From Camelus dromedarius (lineage: Eukaryota), in assembly GCF_036321535.1 (NCBI RefSeq), contig NC_087436.1:25670001-25734000 (forward strand): DNA of 64,000 nucleotides. The letters are read 5' to 3'. The notes beneath the pieces are model-generated. The model saw only the letters and a list, made by a program, of their open reading frames with translations, was not told the DNA's origin and made no database searches. Positions 13,881 through 26,345 of this stretch are shown piece after piece; position 1 is the first letter of the stretch; the number at the start of each line of letters is the position of its first letter. A program made the position numbers and the translations under genes.

Positions 13881-15969
13881 AGTCCTAATTAGATCTAGCA
13901 TAGACTTGACACTATGATGTATATCTCGGAGAGAAGTAGGCAAGGAATGGGGGGTGAAACTACGTATTTAGGGTGTATGGTAAAAATAGGTATCATCTAG
14001 GAAAGAAAACTAAGATTTGTTGGGGGAAAGCGAGAATGAAATATTAAGAGCGAGAAGGAAAGAGTATATATAGTAAGTAATATTTTGAAAAAGAAGGTAG
14101 AACTAGATCTAAAACGTAGAAAATAACTGGTAAAGGATGATACACGGAAAGATCCAAAGGAACCATGACACCAGAGTGATTTGAGAAACTTGTATTGCTC
14201 AAATTTATACCATATGGGATTGGTCACACTGTGTCTCTTCTCACAGAGATTTATCACTTTTGAAAAATAAGTTCCTTTCCTTTTCAGTCTTTGTAGTATG
14301 TCACTTTGATGTCTCCAAACAGGGTCTGTACTGACAGATATTTTTGTGCAGAAAATAGCACTAATTTCCCTTTCTATAAAGAAGTGCGTGAATGTGTGTA
14401 ATTGTATGGAAAGGATCTGAATCCTGAAAGTTAGGGTGAGATGCTGTATTTTTTTTTAAACATATCCTTTAAAAATAATAATTACTTGAAGTCTGTTGCC
14501 AGAGTTATAATGGTTTCAGCCACACTGTTTTCTAAATGCTCAAATTTGGTACGCTGCTTTTTGACAGGAAGTTGGCCTACAGAGCAGGAATGTATGTAAA
14601 CAAAGAAATGGGGCTCACAGGAAGGTTGAGTTCAATCAAATCCCGGAGGCAGCTCCCACTCTGAGTGGCTTTCTGTATCTTGATTATTTGCAGATGCTTC
14701 ACATGAAGCTAGAGACGTTGAAACCCAATAGTTAACCCCCCTAAAACTCCCAAAGTCAGCGCGAGGTGTCAGCCAGCTAAACCAAACAATGAGGAGGAAG
14801 TAAGAAATTTAATGCCATCCTGCTTCAAGATGCACAAAGTACTTTTTTCTCCCTCAGGAATCAAATCTCAACACTGAGCTCTGAAAAGAGAGACTCCAAA
14901 AGTCAAATAATACAACTGCCTGGAATCATCAACCCAAACACGAAGGGTTAAAAGTTATAGTTGTTTGGTCCTTTGACATTATTATAAAATCACAGGCCTG
15001 CTGAGCTTCAAATCCTATTGTCTTGCCAGAAGTGCCTAGCTCTGCCTTTCTTGGCTGTAAAAATGCTAAGATGCCAAGGGCAACAAACTGTCATATAAAG
15101 TCACGGAAACTTTATAGAATAAAAAAAAAAGAAGAACAAAAAGAGGCATTTTTGTCAGTCTTACAAAGTCTGTTTGCATGAGTGAAAGCAAAAAGTGTCC
15201 TGATTCCTGCAATGCTATCTGATACGTAACCCCATTCTTCTGGAAACTAGGGGATGCTTTTCTTTTCCCCAAGCTAAGCAATCAGGAGGAGTTGCAAGAA
15301 GGTAAAACTGGTGTTATATTCTTTGAAGTCTGCTGGTTGTCATGCTTTGTGCTAATGGAACAGTAGAGAAATGAAGTGTGGGAGAACACACTGAAAAAGG
15401 TCTGGCGGAAGGGGCCGGGGTCAGGGACAACCTCACTCCTCCCCCGCAGCTGCCACCGCCCACGGAGTGAGGGAGATGGATCCTGCCCATGCCCACAGGT
15501 CCTAGAATTAACTCTCAAACAGATGCAACTGGGGTCTGTGGTTTTGGTGGGACAGCTGCAGAGAGCATAGCAGCTTAAGACCACTCCCTCCTGAGGTTCC
15601 ACTGGGAGAGCACAGATGAACTCTCAAGGAGCTGCCAGTACCTAAGGGTGCTGCTAAAAAGTCAGCTACCATCTCTCCACACTGAGGCTGTAGACAAAGC
15701 ACTAGAACAGTGGGTTTGGGTCCGGACCGGGGAAGCAGGTAGAAGAGTTGCTACTATCATGTACGAAGGGATCTGTGTTTACTTTCCCCCCTTCCATTCA
15801 CCAATACCTGAGGAGCTGATATCAAGAAAAATGAGTAAGAAGAAGTATAAGAGTCACATCAAACCCACTCCATCTGGTAGCCGTTAGAACTTCAGTTCAT
15901 ACTCAACTAGGGGATAAAAGGCTTTTTTAGAATATGAAATAAACCTTTAAAATAAACAAGAATGAGTCA

Positions 15970-16548
15970 TACACATGGAAGCAACCTAAATGTCCATTAA
16001 CAGAAGACTGGATAAAGAAGCTGTGGTATATTTATACAATGGAATACTACTCAGCTATTAAAAAAAGACTAAAATAATGCCATTTGCAGCAACATAGATG
16101 GACCTGGAGATTGTCATTCTAAGCGAAGTAAGCCAGAAAGAGAAAGAAAAATACTGTATGATGTCACTCATATGTGGAATCTAAAAAAGAACACTAATGA
16201 ACTCATTTACAAAACAGAAAGAGACTTGCAGACATGGCAAACAATCTTATGGTTACCGAGGGAAAGGGAGTGGGAAGGGGTAAATTTGGGAATTCAAGAT
16301 TTGCAAATATTAACTACTATATATAAAAACAGATAAAAAACAAATTTCTGCATAGCACAGGGAACAATATTCAACATCTTGTAATAACCTTTAATGAAAA
16401 GGAATATGAAAACAAATACATGTGTGTGTATATACACACATATATACATACACATATACATATACTGGGACATATACATGGCTGGGACATTATGCTGTAC
16501 ACCAGAAATTGACACATTGCAACTGGCTCTACTTCAGTTTTTAAAAAA
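15970..16548 (+). mobile_element. L1 3' end (end of ORF2 plus 3'UTR)
   Basis: catggaagcaacctaaatgtccattaacagaagactggataaagaag..gccatttgcagcaacatagatggacctggag..acaccagaaattgacacattg, with an internal (TA/CA)n tract. Confidence 0.9.
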
Positions 16549-18356
16549 TGGGGGGGGGGGGAGGATCTGTTGTATAGACCAACAGGAGCCTTAATAACTA
16601 AAAGTGATGAAAAAGCAATGAAATTGGGCCAAAGAGTTATTAACAAATTTGGCTTTCAGCCAGCAAGAATAGGTGCTTCAATTTTGCAGAAATGTGGGCA
16701 GTCACTGAAAAAAATAAAATTGTTCCATGTTTGCAACTTGGTTATCTGAGTTTGCTCAATAAACTCATTTCATATGACAGCTCAGTTTTGGAATGAATAT
16801 GTTAGATTGAAAATATTATGGAATCTCATTTTCATCTTTCCTATTTACTGACATTGAAAATAGTGAGTTCTTTATTCACAAGGAGCTAATGCATGGCTAT
16901 GTCCAGATATTTCCTAAACCTTTTGAGAAAAAAATATAGATATTATGTTTTAAAGAAAAATTGTTGCCTTTCTGTGAATGCATTCAAAACTCCCAAAGCC
17001 TTGGGGTTTGTTGACAGTTATGACCTCACATTCTACAAACTCTACCACTTGCACATTTATTTCTATCCCCACATGCATTTGCCTAATGCATTTGTCTAGC
17101 ACACACATACACATATACTCTCTCTCTCTCATCTCACAGATGCAGTTTTAATTCTAGCTCTATTTCACAGTGACATGTTCCTTATGGTGCAATAGGAGGG
17201 CATCATGTCACCTGACTACAGCAACAGTAGTCTGGCCTGCTCTCAGGTGCCCTTTATCTATGAGGATAAACCTACCCAGAAGCCTGGCAGTTACTACTTC
17301 CTCACTGAGAAGAGGTCTTTCTCTGAGCTTAGTTTTATAAAATTAGGTATTTTTTCTACCCTTAGGGGAAATTTTTTTAAACACTTAAGATTGACCAATC
17401 AAGTCTGGGGACAGAGCCTGGGGTTGGAGAGGGTGCTCATATACTGATCAATGTCTCCAGAATTCCTCTGGAGACACTCACAGCAGTGGCTATGGCCACC
17501 GTCATGCCAACAAAGCTTTACCCGAAATGTTTAATTTGGCTTAAATGATAAAAATGTCAAAAGAGCATTTATTATTTTTGCTTCTTTCCTCAAAGAAAAT
17601 AGCATTTCACTTCTACTATGCTCTAAGTTTCACTGTTAAACACAATTATCCAAAAAATTAGATTTTACTTTTTCCAGATGATAGATACGAAGTATCTCAT
17701 TTTACGAATGCCCCAGATTTCTTTTTGGTAACGTATACATGTATTTTTTTTTCTTAAATTGGTATGAAGGTAAGTTTTCATTAGTAAACATGTCATAATA
17801 ATGTAGACTTATTATGAGTATTTCCATCTCCTCCAGCAAAACTATGCAGAATCGCGGATTTGTTATAGTTGGAGAATAGTGAGATTATACATAGAGTTAT
17901 GGGGGAAATGCAAACTATATGAAAAAGGCAAAATATGAAAAAGGTTAATGTTTACACACATATGAAGAACAGCTAATGAGTCTGAACAGAACCACTGAGT
18001 TAATCTAGAGTTCTAACCCCGTAACACCCCAAATTGTTGAAACTGAGGCCTAGGGAGAAATTACTCTCCTGGGGTCACCCAGTTCTATGCACACTGAATT
18101 CTCCTCCTTCTATGTGTGTTTTGTTTGTTTTATATTTTCCCCCTGACTTAACCACCAAATAATCACTTCTACTGCATTTTTCTGGTTTTGAATAGTTAAT
18201 AAAGAGTGGGAGGCATTCTGAGAAGAGAGAATACTGTAGGTTGCTACAGATACAGACATGGAGAAGGCAGATGTAACCATAAATTAGTGACATCAGTGGG
18301 AGAGGGTTCACACTGGGGCACACTGGAAAGAGCACCTGGAGGTTTAAATTCAGTGT

Positions 18357-18845
18357 CTACTACTCAGCTATAAAAAATAATAAAATAATGTCATTTGCAG
18401 CAACATGGATGGACCTGGAAAATGTCATTCTAAGTAGGTAAGCCAGAAAAAGAAAGGAAAAAACCATGTGATATCCCTTATACATGGAATCTTAAAAAAA
18501 AAAAACAAAAAAAGACAAACTTATTTACAAAATAGAAACAGACTCACAGACATAGGAAACAAACTGATGGTTACCAGAGGGGGAAGGGGGTGGGAAGGGA
18601 TAAATGGGAGTTCGAGATTTGCAGATACTAATATATATAAAACAGATAAACAAGAAGTTTACACTGTATAGAGCAGGGAACTATATTCAATATCTTGTAG
18701 TAACTTACGGTGAAAAAGAATATAAAAATGGATACATATATGTTCCTATATGACTGAAGCACTGTGCTGTACACCAGAAATTGACACAACATTGTAAACT
18801 ATACTTGACTATACTTCAATAAAAATAATAAAAATAAAATAAATT
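18357..18845 (+). mobile_element. L1 3' end with A-rich tail
   Basis: tactactcagctataaaaaataataaaataatgtcatttgcagcaacatggatggacctgga..acaccagaaattgacacaacattgtaaact..cttcaataaaaataataaaa. The hexamer agtgtc flanks both ends. Confidence 0.9.
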
Positions 18846-20049
18846 TAAAGTGTCATTCCCTAAATATGGCTTAGGAGGCAAAGTGGAGTCACTGAATTCT
18901 TGAAAAACGTTTTTCTGTGGAATCAGAAATTTGGCAGTAGGCATTCTAATTCTTGAGGCTGAAGCTTCATTGAACAGTGAGGACTGGAAATGCCATTTGG
19001 GTCATCAGTATAGAGGAAATATTTAGACCTCTGAAAATTTATGAACTCTCTGAGGGAGTGAACTTAAAAGGCCATTGGTAAATACAGAGTCACAGAGAAA
19101 CTTAGATGTATGGGCCAGTAGGAGCAAGAAAAGAAACCAAGAGAGAGGGAGTAGGAAGAAACATGAAAGGTGAAAAGGGATTCAGCATGGGGCAGTATCA
19201 GACTAACAGGTAAAGAGACAATTTCAGGGAGGAAGACATCTATTAAGTAGAAAATAATAAAGAATTAAAATGGACATTTGGATTTTGTGAGAAAAATGTG
19301 AGTTTCCAGACTATTTTCACTAAACAACAGGTTTTCAATTGCTTCAAAGGGAGATAAGCTATTCATTAATTCTTTTATTTATTCAACAAATAGTGTGTGC
19401 TAGGCCAATTCTACTGATGCTTTTCATGTTATTTATGATCAACTCCTCTTTATCCTTGACTTTTTGCAGCATGTTTACCTCTAGTAAGTGTAAACTCTCC
19501 CCTTCAAGTCAGTCAATAATGCCATGATCTCTTTGGATTATTCAGTGCAAGAAATCCTCAGACAAAATGATCTTACAAGATTTCTCTCTTGGAGACTGTA
19601 TTTTGGCTCTAGTTGGAAAAAAAATCTGTAAGGATCATTATTAAATTCTTGTTAATTAGTTGGAACAACAATTATCGTGGCTTACAGGTGAGAAGGTTTT
19701 CATTTTGTTTTATTTTGCATTTACAGTAAGAATTTCAGAATAAGGACCTTTGCTGTCTGCCTGCTGCAACTGCATATTTGGTTTGGTAAGATATGACAGG
19801 CTAGCAGGATAAGCAGCAAGACTATCCTTTCAACCCTGGAGCAAATACCTGTATGCAATGGATGCTTCTTAACCTTTAGGTCAGTGTTCTCAAGAGACAC
19901 TGAAATTCTTTCGGAAAGGAAATGATAAGGCGGCACAGTTTAAGATCATAGGGAAAGGGGAATTTCAGTGTAACTAAAATTATGTTACTAAATTTGTCTT
20001 CTGATCAGACTTTTAAAAGACTTAGGTCAGGTTCCTCTGCTAAGGGATG

Positions 20050-20750
20050 TTCAATTCATTTATTCATTCCACAAATATTTACTGAGTAACTATTAGGTGC
20101 TAGGCAATGGGACCAAAGCAAGGAACAAGAGAGACAAGGTAATTTGTGTGTGTGTCTCTTATTTTCTAATATGTAGAGTTATATAATGAATAAGTAAGAG
20201 TTTTGGGTATGTTGAAGTACTGTGAAGAAAAAGGAAGATAAGAAGAAAAGATTAAAGTGGATATATGGGAAATGGGGCTAGGTGATAGCTTATGTATACT
20301 GAAGCAGTGATATTAGAGCTGGAACTTGAAGTGAAAAAGTGAATTACGATGAAGGAAGAAATTCTACAGGAAAGAAACACAAGAGCAATGCCCTGCAAGA
20401 GGATGAACTAGGGGCATGTTTGAGAAACAAGAGACAGAGTGGGGAAGTAGTGGGAGAAATATAGCTGGAGAGGTACTGTTTTTTAAGTCATCATATCATT
20501 AGGGCTTGGTCATTAATTGGGATTTTATTCTAAGGGAAATGGCAAGCCACTGTAGAATTTTGCACAAGGAAATGATACTAGCTGATTTTATTTTTTAACT
20601 ATCAGACAGCTACTCTGTTTAAAGCAAACTGAAGTGGGACAAGAAGGAAGGGTGAGGAATCAGTTAAAGAGGCTATTGCAGATGTACAGGAGAGAGTGAA
20701 ATGGACTAAGATGGTAGCTGTGAAGGATTAATTGGTCCAAGTCAGGCTGT
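20050..20750. mobile_element. L2 3' fragment
   Basis: ttcattcatttattcattccacaaatatttactgag..gtgctagg (L2 terminus), ggattttattctaag..aagccactg, gaggctattgcag. Confidence 0.7.
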
Positions 20751-21356
20751 ACAATATACTCAGTAGTAAGTTCGGAGTGTAAGCTTTTTTTTTTTTTTGG
20801 TAAATTTTATTACAAATAGGAGAGTAGTTCTCCTCACTTCTGTGTGGTGGTGATTGGACCAAAGCAAAAAAAAAAAAAAAAAAAAAAAAAGCTATAATCA
20901 TGTAAGCATCAATTAATAGAAGGAAACCAGTTATAAAAAAGTAAAACAGTTTCCTTACTTAAACACTAACCAAATAAAAATAATAGGAATTCAGATGATG
21001 AAAAACAACAGTAGAATCCAATAGTACCACAACTTTTGGATTTTACCTTAAAAAGAAGGACCACTATTGTGATGTCTTTTTATTTCATCAACTAAGCATA
21101 TTTTAAAACAATAGCAGAACTAATCTCTAACATTTAATTATATTTTTTACCTTTGTTACAAACTTGATCCATTCTCTTTATTTTTCTTGTTACTCATTGA
21201 CAAACGAAAGCTTCATGGTCTGGCCCACAACACTAACCCATCTTCTAAAGACTGACAATAAACTTCAAGATTATTTTGTATAATATTAATTTTGGAGTCA
21301 CTTTAGTACTTACGGAGTAAATCAGTTTTGCTTTTATATCATTTTTATGCCATAAT

Positions 21357-21544
21357 TAGGTTTGCCAGATAAAATACAGGACATCTAGGTAAACTTCAAT
21401 TTCAGACAAACAACAAACAATTTTTTAGTTTAAGTGTGTTCCAAATATTTCATAGGACATCTTATAGTAAAAAAGGTATTTGTAATTTACCTGGAATTGA
21501 ATTTGAGTGTCCTGTATCCTTACTTGCCAAATCTGTCAACTCTG
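21357..21544. mobile_element. MER53 palindromic hAT MITE
   Basis: taggtttgccagataaaatacaggaca...tgtcctgtat...tctgtcaactct; the element is an imperfect inverted repeat centred on gttccaaatatttcataggac. Confidence 0.85.
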
Positions 21545-21997
21545 ACCCAAATTGCCTCAAGAAGTTTCTATGTACATTTTCATTTGTAATCTACGCTGAA
21601 GTACTTACTATTAAAATGTATCTGTACTGTCACCAAGAATATCTGTATATTATAATTTCCAGACTGCTAAGAGGAGCATTTTCTTAGTTCCTATACCAAC
21701 CTCAATTTCCTTATAAGCATTTTCTATTTAGTTATAAAAAAATAACGCAGTTTATGTACTGAAGTGGAACCATCACAACTTCTAATCACTGTCAGTGAAA
21801 GGTGCAGTACTTCTGATATTGATGTGTAAATATTGATTCATCTGAAGCCTGTAAGTCAAGTGCTTAAAGGAAAAGCATCCTTAATTCTTTTTTAAGGGAA
21901 TTTATTACTTTCAATAGTTTGACCAAGCTTGTAAATGCAATTATACATTCTCTTTCTTCTTGGATTCTGTGTACATATTAAGCAACTCCCGCAAGCC

Positions 21998-22960
21998 ATG
22001 AAGTGACTAGATGAATGTTTTTAAATAATTGGGATGAAGAGCATTTTCTTTACTTGCGTACACACGATTGTCCTGCTATTGCCCTTGGTATTGCTTTGAT
22101 TATTTTGTTGCCTTCCATTAAATGCCAACGCAATGCATCATTTGGTGGTATTTCTAGCTAATGGATAGCAAGAGACTTATGATTCTTATAAAGAAATGTT
22201 TCTCTCCAAATCCATGTCTGCAATTTTATCTCTGATTCTGTTTTCTATTTTTTTAATGGCCCCTTGGATGTACTTCATGTAGAGACAATCTAGACCTCCA
22301 CTGAAGCTTTTTAAAGTTCTTTTTTTTTTGGTAGGAAGGAAGAAAAGCCATTCTTCATATTATACTTTTCATCAGTCTGAAAGAGAACTAACTAGGCAGT
22401 GGGTCTGGAAGCCTTTGAAAAGAGAGAGACACGGGGAGTAAGGGCAAGAGAGAGACCTTGTTTCCTTGTAACTGGCAGATGTAATTATCCTGAATACAGA
22501 GAGGAGGCTGAAGCAGCTGGCATGGATTTTGACAACCACATTGAAATTGTTTATAAGAAATTCTCTCCAGTAAACATGGGTGTTCCACATGCAAGGGGAG
22601 ATTGTGGGATTTGAAATCTGAGAGAGAGGAAAAAAACTGGGTATGCTTATAGAGTACATGGGAGGATACAAGGCCATTTGTAAAGAGAATGAAAACCAGA
22701 CAGCTCAAGCCTAGGCCTCTTGAACCAGCACTGAACATCTGTACCACTTTCAAGGTGTGAAAATCTTAGATGAAACTCATTAGAAAGAACTGTGGAGAGA
22801 AAAGGCCCAAAGATAGCAACTCAAAAAGCGAAGAGTAATATGCATTTCTGATACTCTTATTCAGGATTGCATTAAGACAGTGAAGGAATTTTTGCAAGAA
22901 ACGAGCCCTAACATTTCAACACCAACAAGAAAGATTCATACTTCTGGCCCCCTAGAATAA
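21998..22960 (+). pseudogene. Candidate endogenous bornavirus-like nucleoprotein element (EBLN), decayed
   Basis: From aagccATG (21998) the translation gives ordered motifs HTIVLLLPLVLL*LF..LNANAMH, KLFKVLFFLVGRKKSHSSYYTFHQSERELTRQWV, TTLKLFIRNSLQ*TWVFHMQGEIVGF, YMGG, (frameshift) QLKPRPL, QLKKRRVICIS. These are collinear with remembered BoDV-1 N motifs [94 protein letters not shown]. Many stop codons; alignment by eye only. Confidence 0.62.
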
Positions 22961-23399
22961 ATGACTTTTTGATTTGAAAGGTAAAGATTGTAATTGATAG
23001 CTTCACAGTCCAGAGGGATTTAACATATTTATACACCATCTTTGCCATTTGAGGAATTTCTGATTTTTCTCAGGTTCCCCTAAAGAAGACTGCAAGAGGA
23101 GAAAATTTACTCTGAAAGTTTGTGCCATAGAGTGGGCAACATGTGGGCTTCCAGGCACTTATTTATAGATGTGTTACATATATGTATTGAGAGTATACTC
23201 CGTATAAGACACATCAATGGACACTGCAGATGTCCTGGGGGTGCGACGCAAATTCCTACCTCGTGTGCAGAGGTCCTCATCTCAGGCGAGGTCCGCTTCA
23301 CTGACTGTGTGACCTTGTGCCCATTACTCAACTCTGGCCTCAGTTTCTTCCACTAAAAACAGCAACAAAATAGATACACAAGCTTTACCTCAAGTAATT

Positions 23400-23762
23400 T
23401 TTTTTTTCCAGTTTTCAAATATCAACTCTATTGGGATATACTTTTCATTCAGTAAAATTGTTTTTTGGTGAGGACTTTTGACAAATGTGTACAGTAGCAA
23501 AATCAGCAGCATAAGCATGATTTAGAACCTTTGCATCACCCTGAAAAGTTCCCTTATGCTGCTATGCAGTCAGGACCTCCCCGAAGCCCAGGCCCTGGCA
23601 AACGTGGATCTGCTTCCTGTCACTATAGTGCTGTTTTGTAAGATTTCATGAATAAAAAGCAATCACACATTATATACTCTTTTGTGTCTGGCTTCCTTCA
23701 CTTAGTCGAACACTTTAAGAATTTACCCTTGTTTTGTGTATCTGTATTATTTCATTGTATGG
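23400..23762 (-). mobile_element. Old L1 (L1MC/ME-like) 3' fragment
   Basis: catcaccctgaaaagttccctt..ccaggccctggcaaac..tttgtgtctggcttccttcacttag..ttcattgtatgga. Confidence 0.7.
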
Positions 23763-25087
23763 ACCTTAGGTGTTGTTAAGATACTTAAGAGACTTTATGT
23801 AGAGGCTAGCGAGCAGCTCCTTATAAATTGTTGCATGCATGATAACTCTTAAACTATTAAATAATTCTCCAACTCAGACATTATCTTCTGCTGAGATTTA
23901 AGGAATAATATCATATTCAAGAAGTAACATGTTGGGCTAATGCCCAGAGGTTCCAGTCATAAATACAATGAGAAATTGGAACATTTAGACATTATCTGGA
24001 AAAATTGAAGCTTCCTTTGATTCAATTAGCAAACATATTCTTTGGACTGATTTATTAAATTACATTGTCTCAATTCTATTTTCATTCTGTGTGTGTAGAT
24101 AAGGCCACACTCAGAAATATATAATCTCCAAGGGTCAGTCTTTATTGTCGCAGACATGACAATTTATGTTGTTGCAACTCTAGCAATCAGAGTCTCTTAA
24201 TGGCATCATAAACCTTGACACACCGATTTTTTTGTTTGTTTGTTTGTTTGTTTTTTTACCTACGGGGAGAAAATTAGGAAATTCAATTTCAATATAGAAA
24301 TGGCACTCAGAAAAGTGATCACAGATAAATCTAGAGGCTATTTTCAGAAAGAGGTTTCATTTCCCACATCTTGTACCCTAAAAGTATGTCTCTGAAATTA
24401 ACTAATTTTTTATGTCTGATCACAACCCAAACCAATCTTCATGTTCTGATTTCTACAATCCCTGAGTTAAGAGTCTGCTTGATGCCTAGAATTAGAACAC
24501 TGAATTTGGGAGGTAGCTTGACTGTAATACTTTTCTAATTCAAAAGAGCAGGTACAATAGCTCAGAACTAGAAATTTGAATTTGGATTTTGCTTCTGAGA
24601 ACTGGTGATCAGGATTTGCAGTTTGTAACCTCAACTCTTACATGAATCTGGGATTTATTACTGAGATCAGTAGACTTCCTATAAATGCAACCCTAGGCTG
24701 TTTGCTACTAACACTTAAATATGACTTAGCTGAAAACAGCTTAATCAGAGCTTGTGGAAATACCATCACTTTTCGTATGTAAAAAAAATTACTTCATCAT
24801 ATACTGTATTTATGCCTAAAATATTTTATTGCAGGGTAGTTTTACTATTACTGTTTATTGATTATCAGAAGTTTTAAACCCAAATTTTGATTTTTTAAAA
24901 ATGCTTTGTATGCTACTGCTTGATTGAAGATAGCCAGTCATTATGGTGTACCAGCTACAGTGTTCCTGGAGGGGCTGCGGTAACACATCTGTGCCCTCTT
25001 TTAATCACATACTCTCCAGTGTTAAAAAGGAAAAGACAGTATCAGCAGGCTGAGGAAGGGCTGGCTTTGCACCAGGGAGGAATGGAA

Positions 25088-25432
25088 CCAATGTTTATCT
25101 ATATTTCGTGATAGATCCCTTTCACCTATTTGAAAGCTACTGTTAATGAGTTGTGATCCAATGTTTAGAACTGTGAATCACACAAAATAAAATCTTGCTT
25201 CACTCTTCAACACATGTACACATTTATACTTAAATTAAATATATAAAGTTATACATGTAACTTAAATAAAAGTTAAACAAAATTTTTACAAAACTTTACC
25301 CTTACCGTGAATGGCATACCCTATTTTTTTTTCAGTATAGCTATTTAATTTTATAAAAAATGCTCTTTATGATCTACTATATTAATCTCATTACCCACTA
25401 ATGGTTTGCAAATCACATGTTGAAAAATTCAG
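25088..25432. mobile_element. hAT-Charlie-like DNA transposon remnant
   Basis: The end ccactaatggtttgcaaatcacatgttgaaaaattcag resembles Charlie-family termini; heavily degraded. Confidence 0.35.
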
Positions 25433-25842
25433 GTATAAATGATGGGTTTGCATCCTGCAATGACTTGGTAGAATCTATGTATACTTGCAAAAAGTTGAAT
25501 TTAGACTTTGAAGATGGTCTCGCTGTAGTATAAAGCTCTGTTCTTAAAAATAAATTTTAAAATATTAATTTTGATTAACCTTTGTCATATTGAGCAACTT
25601 TTTGCATCTAAACTGTTTCTTAAACATAGTATCATTAGTATAGGAATCAGGAGGCCAGGTTTCTGGTTTTTGATCTCCTGCTAGTTAGCAATACATCCTT
25701 GGGCACTTATTTAACCTGAAGGAACCTCAAGAATTCAACAATTCTCTCTGTATGTATATAAATAAAATATACATATGCATATGTATGTGAGTGTCTGCAT
25801 TTTTTTAGATTTTTTACCTTGTATTTTGTGTTATTTTTATAA

Positions 25843-26345
25843 AAATATAAATGACTGAGAAATTGTGCTGTACACCAGAAATTGGCACATTGTAACTGAC
25901 TACACTTCAATTAAAAAAAAATTTTTTTAAACCCAAAAGACCATAAAGAAGAAAAAAAACAAGAAACAAGAGAAAGAAAAAAATAGAAAGTGGAAACAAG
26001 GAGAAATGTTAGTAATTTAATAAATGTAAATGGACTGAACTAGCCTATTAAAATAGATTGGATAAAAAAGAGAAATAAAATCCAAGTATAAAGTATTTAC
26101 AAAAGGCATATCTAAATCATAATAATATGGAAAGGTTTAAAGAGATAGAAAAAAGGTAAATGATCAATCAGTAACCTGGTTGTGATATACTATAGTTTTG
26201 TAAAATATTACTGTTGGGAGAAACTGGGCAAAATAAACAAGAGATTTCTCTTTGTCATTTCTTACAAATGTATGTGAATGCACAATTACCTCAATGAAGT
26301 TTCAATTAGAAAAAGATAAAAAGAGAGAAAAGAAAACCAAATAAA
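25843..26345 (+). mobile_element. Short young L1 3' end followed by older L1 pieces (ORF2 endonuclease start and L1M 3' end)
   Basis: atgactgag..tgtgctgtacaccagaaattggcacattgtaactgactacacttcaat+A9, then aaatgtaaatggactgaac..cctattaaa (NVNGLN.PIK), then cctggttgtgatatactatagttttg..ttcttaca. Confidence 0.7.

Noticed and set aside
16550..16561. G12 run after the L1 tail as a functional G-quadruplex
   Set aside because: Simple homopolymer at a retrotransposon tail with no other support.
22376..22980. Host coding exon bounded by ttttcatcag and ag|gtaaag
   Set aside because: All frames contain several stops, and the protein-like similarity extends upstream across the acceptor, which favours an intronless viral-derived insert.
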